From assembly GCA_029821515.1 (NCBI GenBank), contig JALGTD010000082.1:1-31111 (forward strand): DNA of 31,111 nucleotides, read 5' to 3'. The position numbers and the translations under genes were made by a program. The stretch is from Candidatus Zipacnadia bacterium (GTDB lineage: Bacteria > Armatimonadota > Zipacnadia > Zipacnadales > Zipacnadaceae). Under the pieces are notes generated by a model, which was not told where the DNA came from, searched no databases, and saw only the letters and a program-made list of their open reading frames with translations. This document shows positions 1-7,447 of this stretch, piece after piece. Every line of letters starts with the position of its first letter. The stretch's first letter is position 1.

Positions 1-526
1 TCCCGCCAAGCCATGGCCCTACGGTAATCCCAGAGAAGACCGCAGTCTGCATCAGTCCCAGACTATAACCCAATCTGGTTATGGGCGTCACGCTGGAGAC
101 CAGTGCTACAGAGGCAGCTACGGTGCCTGTTACTGCTCCTTGCATCAACCGCAGCGCCAGGAGCTGGTAGACATTTTTGGCTGTACCCATTAAGGCCAGC
201 AAGACAGCTCCCCCGAACATCGCCCGTTCCACCATAAGCTTGCGACCATAACGATCGGCGATTGTTCCCCAAATTGGGCTGAAGACCGCGAACACCAGCC
301 CGGGACCAGTCACCAGAATGCCGGCCCAAATGGGCACCAACCGCTCATCAGTTACCCCCAACTCCCTAATGTAGAAGGGAATAAAGGGCATAACAAAGGA
401 AAAGCCCACTATGCATATAAGCTGGGCAATCCACATCGCATACAGCGTCCGGCGCCAGCCGGGTTGCCCGTCGCGTTCAGCCTGCGAGGTAGTTTCTTGG
501 GGTTTTGAATGCTCTTCACAACTCAT
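1..526 (-). CDS. MFS transporter (DHA1/MdtG-like), N-terminal part; runs off the window edge
   Basis: Not in the ORF track; hand-translated from ATG 526 (RBS AAGGA upstream): MSCEEHSK...WRRTLYAMWIAQLICIVGFSFVMPFIPFYIRELG...FSPIWGTIADRYGRKLM...LALRLMQGAVTG. Contains MFS motif A (GxxADRYGRK) and hydrophobic helices. Confidence 0.9.
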   Translation of the reverse strand, partial: MSCEEHSKPQETTSQAERDGQPGWRRTLYAMWIAQLICIVGFSFVMPFIPFYIRELGVTDERLVPIWAGILVTGPGLVFAVFSPIWGTIADRYGRKLMVERAMFGGAVLLALMGTAKNVYQLLALRLMQGAVTGTVAASVALVSSVTPITRLGYSLGLMQTAVFSGITVGPWLGG

Positions 527-580
527 ATCCTTCTTGACTCACTTTCACAATGGAACCTTCACTGCAGTAGGACTACGATG

Positions 581-1594
581 TCAAAACTGCTCCAGAAACC
601 TCATATCGCCACTGTAGAACAGACGAATGTCATCAATACTGTGCCGCAGCATGGCCAGACGCTCCACTCCCACCCCAAAGGCGAAGCCAGTATACTTTTC
701 GGTATCGTAGCCGACTCCGGTCAGAACGGTGGGGTCAACCATTCCGCTGCCTCCAACCTCCATCCAGCCAGTGTACCCACAGGCCCGGCAACCTGCACCT
801 CCACATATCATACAGGTCAGTGCAATTTCAGCACTCGGCTCGGTGAACGGGAAGAAATCGGGCCGGAAGCGCATATGGCAAGACGGCCCGAACATCTCGT
901 GGGCAAAGACCTCCAGCGTGCCCTTCAGATCAGCGAAGGTTACACCTTCGTCAACCAGCAGGCCTTCGAGCTGATAGAAGGTATGGCAGTGAGTGGCATC
1001 AACAGTATCGCGGCGGAAACAGCGACCAGGAGCGACGATGCGCACCGGCGGTGATTGTTGTTCCATCACCCGTATCTGCACTGGTGAGGTCTGCGAGCGT
1101 AGCAGGACATCGTCACTGATGTAGAAAGTCATCTGCTCGTCCATGGCCGGATGAAACTCGGGGTAGTTGAGCGCATCAAAGCTGTAGTGGTAGTTTTCAA
1201 CCTCCGGGCCCTCTGCCACGTTAAACCCCAAACCCAGGAAGATTTCTATCATCTCGTCCAGCGTCGCCAGTAGCGGATGGCGTCGGCCCACTCGCGGCGC
1301 GCGGCCCGGCAAGGTTACATCAATACGCTCGGCAAGTTCCTGTGCCGCCTGCTCAGCGAGCTGTTGCTGCCGCTGTTCGTACGCCTGCTGCAACTCCTGA
1401 GATACGCGGTTGGCCAGTCGGCCGACCGCCGGCCGCTGCTCTTTGGCCAGACTACCAAGGTTTTTCATCATCTCGCGCAGCTCACCCTGGCGGCCCAGGT
1501 ACTGGACCCGCATCTGTTCAAGCTGCTCCTCATCATCAGCTTCCCGAAAGGCTACCACAGCCTCATCACGTAGCTGCTCAAGCTTGTCTTCCAT
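581..1594 (-). CDS. pheS: Phenylalanine--tRNA ligase alpha subunit
   Basis: Class II motifs (GRCFRRD, YQLEG, FFPFTEPS, GFAFGVGVERLAML) and N-terminal coiled coil. ATG 1594 is better spaced from AGGTG than the GTG at 1603. Confidence 0.98.
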   Translation of the reverse strand: MEDKLEQLRDEAVVAFREADDEEQLEQMRVQYLGRQGELREMMKNLGSLAKEQRPAVGRLANRVSQELQQAYEQRQQQLAEQAAQELAERIDVTLPGRAPRVGRRHPLLATLDEMIEIFLGLGFNVAEGPEVENYHYSFDALNYPEFHPAMDEQMTFYISDDVLLRSQTSPVQIRVMEQQSPPVRIVAPGRCFRRDTVDATHCHTFYQLEGLLVDEGVTFADLKGTLEVFAHEMFGPSCHMRFRPDFFPFTEPSAEIALTCMICGGAGCRACGYTGWMEVGGSGMVDPTVLTGVGYDTEKYTGFAFGVGVERLAMLRHSIDDIRLFYSGDMRFLEQF

Positions 1595-1634
1595 CAGAAT
1601 CACCTTTGCTAATTACCAGACACCAAACCAACTA

Positions 1635-1680
1635 CAAACAATAAACCCTCTGTCATCGTCTTGGGACGAAAGCAGAGGGT
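1635..1680 (-). terminator. T-box attenuator terminator
   Basis: ACCCTCTG-CTT-TCGTC-CCAA-GACGA-TGA-CAGAGGGT followed by TTATTGTTTG; mutually exclusive with the antiterminator. Confidence 0.9.
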
Positions 1681-1905
1681 CTTCGCTATACCACCCAAGT
1701 GGAGCGGACTGCGATAACGGTGCAGTAATCCGACCTAACCTATTGGGCTTAGCTGCTGCAATTTACCTTGCAAGCAAGCTAGTTGCCGTTCAGCCGGCGG
1801 TTTGGGGGCGAACTTCGGCTGCGCGGTCACTGGAGATGCTTCCAGCCGCGGCATCTCCTCTCTGCAGTTCCATACGCCGCCTACTTCTCCCCGTCGTCAC
1901 CTTTG
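1635..1905 (-). ncRNA. T-box riboswitch, Phe specifier, transcription-attenuation type
   Basis: Minus strand shows: antiterminator UUGGG-UGGUAUA-GCG (1684-1698) pairing with CGUCCCAA (1661-1668); Stem I with GCAGAGAG AG-box, GGCUGGAA-type distal loop and specifier loop GAAG-UUC-G (UUC at 1810-1812); CCGUUA-like element; overlapping terminator; pheS directly downstream. Confidence 0.9.
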
Positions 1906-1929
1906 TATGATCTTCGATTGCTTGTATCA

Positions 1930-1958
1930 ATTATACCGCTGCCAATAGCATTTATCAA
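1930..1958 (-). promoter_or_regulatory. Sigma-70/A promoter of the pheS leader
   Basis: TTGATA-N17-TATAAT immediately upstream of T-box Stem I. Confidence 0.85.
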
Positions 1959-2044
1959 GAGCAAGTGCCACCGTAGAGCTTGCCACCAGGAAGGACTTTC
2001 CAGGTGCACAGCGAAATCATTAAGCACTAAGGAGGATACGAGCA

Positions 2045-2437
2045 GTGGCCAACACATCCAACGAGCGAGAAACTGGCGGCCGGGCTATGATCAGTGATAC
2101 GCCGCGACTGGTCGGCCTGGTGGTGTTCTTAGGCGGCATAGCTATGGTCGTGATGGTCTTCGTATGGGCTTATGCGCTTTATAGTAGCGTTGGCGACGAG
2201 CTGAACCAGGTCGCCATTAGCCGAGCCGTACCGACAACTAATCCAGCAGCCGCCCAGAGCGACCAGCCGCCAAGTGTACCCGCAGAACAAGTTACCATTG
2301 CTGCTCCAATGCCGGGAACAAGCCTTGTCGACGTGGCCGCGGTCTTCGCTTTGAAAGTAGTATTTCTAGCTCTAATGGCCTGGGCCGGTGCACTGGTAGC
2401 AAGCAAGGGCGTAGCTATGACCAGACAAAGCCCTTAA
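2045..2437 (+). CDS. Hypothetical small membrane protein (2 TM helices, Pro/Ala/Gln-rich linker)
   Basis: Strong RBS TAAGGAGG before GTG 2045; two hydrophobic segments; the only plus-strand ORF not shadowing a real minus-strand gene. Confidence 0.75.
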   Translation: MANTSNERETGGRAMISDTPRLVGLVVFLGGIAMVVMVFVWAYALYSSVGDELNQVAISRAVPTTNPAAAQSDQPPSVPAEQVTIAAPMPGTSLVDVAAVFALKVVFLALMAWAGALVASKGVAMTRQSP

Positions 2438-2466
2438 GAGCCAGCCGCCGACCTGCCTAAAAGGGG

Positions 2467-4822
2467 TCAGGTCCTGCCGCCAATTTCAAGCAAAATGTCC
2501 GCCAGCTTCTGAGCAATGTGACCCCAGGTATATTTCTCCAATACCCGCTGCCTTCCCCGCCGGGCCAACACTTCCCGCTCGTCGGGATTGTTCAGCAGCC
2601 GTTCTATGCTTTCCGCAAGTGCCCCAATATCTCCCTCCGGGAAGATTATCCCGCCACCGGTGTCATTGATCAAGTAGGGAATATGGCCCGAATCCGAGCC
2701 GATTATTGGTACTCCACAGGCCAGCGCCTCAATGATGACACGGCCAAACTGCTCCTTCCAGCGTGGCGTAGTTCGAGAGGGGAGCACCAGTACATCCAGA
2801 GCATTGAGGTATGCCGGCATTTGATGATGGGGGACATGTCGAATGACTGCTACCGACGGCTTAGCCGTACTATGCTGGGTCAGCTTAGTGATCTTACTGC
2901 GTAGCGGACCACCACCAATCAGCACCAGACCGAACTCGGGCGCCCCGCGCTGTGCGGCCAGTTGCGCCGCCGCCAGCAAGTCCCAAACGCCTTTGGCAGC
3001 ATCAAGCCGACCGGCATAGCCGACCGTCGCGCCGCTTTGAGGAAACTCACGAGGGCGCGGCAGACCCAAGTGGGGGGTGAAGACAGTGGGGTCTACACCA
3101 TGAGGCAGCACACTGGCCGGTCCCTGGTAACCGCGGGCATCCAGCACCTCTGCACATGGCTGGCTTATCACCAGGATATGATCCGATCCCGACAGCACCT
3201 TTTGATATATCCACTCGAAAGGCAGGAGCAGTCTGCGCCGGATATTCTCCTTGCTGAAGATTACGAGTTTGTAGCCGCGGCTACTCACCAGTCGCACTGC
3301 TTGGGCAGCAGCCAGGCTGTAGGGCTCTTCGTCAACGAACAGAATATCCGGGCGGAACTTATCCAGCTTTTGAGCCAGCTCGCTGGTGTACCAGTGCAAA
3401 TGTATCTGGCCAGGCAACCACACAGAAAGAGCCTCAGCGCAGTCAGCAATCTCCGGCAGGGCGCTAAATTGCACCTCTCCGCCTACCGGCGCCCACCAGC
3501 GCTGTGGACTGAACAGACGCAGGCTAATATCAGCACAATCCAGCAGCTCTGCGTAGGGCCTTTGGTTCAAATCAACTACACACGAGTGGCTAATGACAGC
3601 TACACGCAGGGGATCCGGGGCATCAGAGAGAGAGAGCCCGCCAGTGCCGGCTAACTTCTCTGGGGCCAGTTGTTCAGTGGCGGGCCCCGGCAAATGAGCA
3701 AGAAAGAATTCCTCAATCTGCTCAGCCTGCCGGTCCCAAGAAAGCCGTTGCGCCTTCTGGTGAGCAGCTCGCCCCATCTGTTCGCGCAATTGTGCATCAG
3801 CAGCCAACTTCTCGAGCCGGTCGGCGATCTGAGCAGGATCTCGGCCTACCCGAAAGCCGCTGACCCCATCTTCGACAAGCTCATCTGCTGCGCCGATGTC
3901 TGTGGTGACCAGCGGGAGCCCGCAGGCAGCCGCCTCCGCCACCACCAGGCCAAAGGCTTCACCACGCGCCGGCATCACCAGACAGTCGGCTGCAGCATAG
4001 TATTCAACAATCCTGTCGGTAACACCCACGAAGATGACCTGGTCTGCCACTCCTCTTTGCCGGGCTAACTGAGCAAAGAATTCTTCATCGCCTCTGCCCA
4101 CTATCACCAACCTGGCGGGATGCTCCATCATAGCCAGGGCATCGATTACCAGCGGCAGACCCTTGTCAAACCAAAGCCCACCGGCAAAGAGGATGACGAA
4201 CTCTTCTGGGCCAACCTCGAGAGCTTCACGGCGTGAAGATCGAAACTGGCGGCGAACTGCCAGATTGAAGACATCATGGTCGAGGCCATTCGGCACAGCT
4301 TGCGCGGGCGGCTTGTCCAGGCCGTGTTCCTGCGCTAAATAGCGGACGACCATCTGCGAGACCGCCAGCACGCGACCCCGGCAGCGGCGCACCGCCCATC
4401 CCTCCATTCGGGTAGCCCATGCTTGACGCAGTGTCCAGCCCAGATGCACCAGCCACGAGGGCTGTTGATATTTCCAGCGCACCTCCCGCAACGCCCGCGC
4501 CCGCTCGGCATGACAGGTATGGACCAAAACGAAGTTGCGGACCAAACTGTTGCCGCCCTGAGACAGGACGACATCGTATTTATGCTGCTTGACAACGAAA
4601 GGCGAGAGTAGAACCATCCAGAGGGCCTGCAAGGTGCTGGATTTGAAGGGACACCACAGCCGGTGGACTCGGATTCGCCCACGGGGGATATCAGCGGCTG
4701 AGAAACAAAACACGTCCACCTGATGTCGCTTGGCCAGGCGGCTGACTAACTCAGCCAGAACTCGCTCCTGTCCCCCACGCTGGTTGATGTGCTCAGTCAC
4801 TATGGCAATCTTCTTGTTTCAT
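2467..4822 (-). CDS. Tandem GT4 (GT-B) glycosyltransferase with two fused enzyme units; apparent +1 frameshift just after ATG 4822 (open frame 2467-4800)
   Basis: Two GT4 signatures (EAFGLVVAEAAACGLP; EQFGRVIIEALACGVP). The frame upstream of GTG 4800 reads N-K-K-I-A-I-V (typical first beta strand) but is 1 nt out of frame with ATG 4822. Confidence 0.9.
3625..3636. repeat. (AG)6/(CT)6 dinucleotide tract in the linker between the two GT4 units
   Basis: agagagagagag, encoding L-S-L-S on the minus strand. Confidence 0.8.
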
Positions 4823-4941
4823 TGGATATGTGTCCGGTAGAAACTATCTGACGATGCAAAACAGCACTTGCACATCGCCGTGATCCATCCAGACTGCTAT
4901 ACCCGGGAAACGGCTAGCAAAAGAGCTAACCGGCCCTTCGC

Positions 4942-6435
4942 TCACAGACTTCGTGACGCCTTCCGGTTTCCAAGTTCAAACTCTGGGGCAGCTTCGCACA
5001 CAGCCTGGCGGCTAGCTGTCTCAATCTCAGCCGTTCGCACAGCCATTGCCGCAGCTAACCAAAACAGCGGGCCACCGGGCACCAAGTAGATGGCGCTGCC
5101 CACTGCCAAGCGCGCCAGGGTAGAGACCACTACTGCCAGGCAAGCGGCAATTAGTGCCCTGGATTCAACTGTGCGGACTCGCCTAAAGCTCGCAACAGTC
5201 ATCCTAACCGTTCCATACAGTAGCCACAGAAATAGGGCGAGCCCGGGAAAGCCCAACTCGCGCAGCGCCCGCCCATACTCGTTTTCCACCATTCCACCTG
5301 CAGTTCGCTTAACTGCCATTGCCTCGCGGCCAACCACAAGCTCACCTCGACCCACACCCGTACCGGTGGCAACACCAACACCGAGGGGACGTTCGAAAGC
5401 AGAATTGATACCATTAAGCATTGGGCCCATCGTCCGGCTAACCACTGTCCGATAGCTAAGCATCTGCGGATTGTAGCGAGCCTCGAATGCCCCACCGGCG
5501 TAGTTATTCAGCACAACCACGGCCAAGACGCCAATGACGACCACCGCAAACAGAAAGCGCGGCCGGCGTATCAATAACAGAAGACTCAGTCCACCTATTA
5601 CTAAGCCCAACAGCGGAGCACGACTGGCGCTAGTCGCCAAGGCTACCAGGCACACTGCAGCAGTGCCAATCATCAGTGGCTTGAGCCACGCTTTGCCTCG
5701 AACATAGAGTACCGCGCCAATACAGAATATAGCCGACAGTGACATTGCGTCCCCCAGGGCTCCTGGGCCAACAAATGTTGATACAGCCCGCACGCCACTA
5801 CCCCACCCGAAACGGTTGTAGAAGTCAAATCCTGGGCCCAGAGCATACAGGTGCTCAAAACCGAGATTCCACTGAATGATGGCGTAGGTGCCGGTGCCTA
5901 GCGACAGTAGCACAATGGTAACAAGCATACGTTCAATATGGGCCCGCGTAGTCATGTACTCGTATGCCACGACCAATACAGCAATCCAAACAACCCAGGT
6001 ACGCAGGCCAGCCAGAGCAACCAGCATACTCGCCGTTTCCGTGTTGAACATCTCAGCAGCACAGTACAGTATGAACAGAAATGCCGGCAATATAACAGGT
6101 AGGTGCAGCGCATCCCATCGCTGCCTGCTTAAGCCAAGCCATAACCAACGGACTAATGCAATCGCCAACACGATATCCTTAGCGAACACAGTAGCAGTGC
6201 TGACCACAAGCCCTTTGAGAAACCCGTCCACATAAGAGATGGCCATCAGCTCAATCATTGCTACTTCCAGCGAGCTTAGTGCCACAATAAGGCCAACACT
6301 GCCACCAAGGAGCAACAGCAACTCCTTTGTGCGCCCTGCCAGCATCGGGCCAGCCGACAGGAAAGCAATCCCGGCGCCTAGCACACCAGCCATCATCAGC
6401 AGCACTGTAAGCGGAAGCCTACGTCGCCGCATCAC
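4942..6435 (-). CDS. O-antigen ligase/polymerase-like (Wzy_C family) membrane protein
   Basis: Roughly 12 hydrophobic segments; RAVSTFVGPGALG; ATSASRAPLLG; periplasmic loop ERPLGVGVATGTG and ENEYGRALRELGFPGL. Confidence 0.8.
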   Translation of the reverse strand: MMRRRRLPLTVLLMMAGVLGAGIAFLSAGPMLAGRTKELLLLLGGSVGLIVALSSLEVAMIELMAISYVDGFLKGLVVSTATVFAKDIVLAIALVRWLWLGLSRQRWDALHLPVILPAFLFILYCAAEMFNTETASMLVALAGLRTWVVWIAVLVVAYEYMTTRAHIERMLVTIVLLSLGTGTYAIIQWNLGFEHLYALGPGFDFYNRFGWGSGVRAVSTFVGPGALGDAMSLSAIFCIGAVLYVRGKAWLKPLMIGTAAVCLVALATSASRAPLLGLVIGGLSLLLLIRRPRFLFAVVVIGVLAVVVLNNYAGGAFEARYNPQMLSYRTVVSRTMGPMLNGINSAFERPLGVGVATGTGVGRGELVVGREAMAVKRTAGGMVENEYGRALRELGFPGLALFLWLLYGTVRMTVASFRRVRTVESRALIAACLAVVVSTLARLAVGSAIYLVPGGPLFWLAAAMAVRTAEIETASRQAVCEAAPEFELGNRKASRSL

Positions 6436-7426
6436 TCTGTCCTCGTCTCTTCCCGTTAGTTTCCGATTCCATTGCAGTCTGCCTTGCTATCCGATACGTG
6501 CGTAGCCCCTTGAGCTTACCGGCTGTTGACGCTACAAACAGACGGCTTGCAGCAATCGGCCCGCGGGGAAGACTGATTAAATACTTGATCAAACCGTAAC
6601 GGTTGCCCATACCGATCAGAAACGCGCTAGCTATGAAGGCAATCTTCCGCAGTCCAGATAGATGCTTGACCATACAGTACACCCAATTGTGGCTATCGGA
6701 GGAAACCAGGGACAATGCTTCCAACTGACGGGTAGACTGACCGAAGCGCGGCGCCGGGTAATGATCAACCAGTGCCTCTGGATCGTAGACCAGGCGAAAA
6801 CCCTGCTTGGTGACCGACAGCGAAACCTCAGTGTCATTAAGACATGACGAGCCGCCGGCCAGATTCTGATCAAAGCCTCTTATCAGCACCCGGCGAAAGC
6901 TCATATTAGCACCCTTGAGGTGATCAACCTCTATCGGTGCATCAACCGCTGCACAGTGGTGGTTACCAATAATCTTCCCTGCCCAGGTGACCTTTCCCAC
7001 CGAACACTTGCGAGTTGGCACCTGCTGCTCGCCGTGATGGACGACATCTCGGCCGCCCACACCGCCAACGGAAGGATCAGCATAATGGCTCGCCAGGCAC
7101 TGCAACCACTGCGGGCGGGGAACGCAGTCGTCGTCAGTGAAGCAGACGACATCCCCAATTGCAGCACCCAGCCCCCGGTTCATGGCCTCAATTTGCCCGG
7201 ATTTGGTCGCTAATACCACATCTACACGCTCTCCCAGTTCGTTGGCCGTACACCACTGCTGCAGCAGTTGCCGGCTCCTCTCATCCACATCACGCAGCAC
7301 CACCACAACTTGATCAGGCAGACAAACACCTTCCTGCAGGCCGACCAGGCACTTGCACAGAGGCTCAGGCCGACGGTAGCTGGGTACCACAACCGAAAAT
7401 GTCAGTCCATTCCCAGAGTTGCTCAT
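6419..7426 (-). CDS. Glycosyltransferase family 2
   Basis: SVVVPSYRR, FTDDDC (DxD), KGANMSFRR motifs. Confidence 0.92.
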   Translation of the reverse strand: MSNSGNGLTFSVVVPSYRRPEPLCKCLVGLQEGVCLPDQVVVVLRDVDERSRQLLQQWCTANELGERVDVVLATKSGQIEAMNRGLGAAIGDVVCFTDDDCVPRPQWLQCLASHYADPSVGGVGGRDVVHHGEQQVPTRKCSVGKVTWAGKIIGNHHCAAVDAPIEVDHLKGANMSFRRVLIRGFDQNLAGGSSCLNDTEVSLSVTKQGFRLVYDPEALVDHYPAPRFGQSTRQLEALSLVSSDSHNWVYCMVKHLSGLRKIAFIASAFLIGMGNRYGLIKYLISLPRGPIAASRLFVASTAGKLKGLRTYRIARQTAMESETNGKRRGQSDAAT

Positions 7427-7447
7427 AATAGACTCAATGTCAATAAT

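Noticed and set aside
63-329. 88-aa minus-strand ORF in the track
   Set aside because: Wrong frame; the real gene here is the MFS transporter in another frame (1-526).
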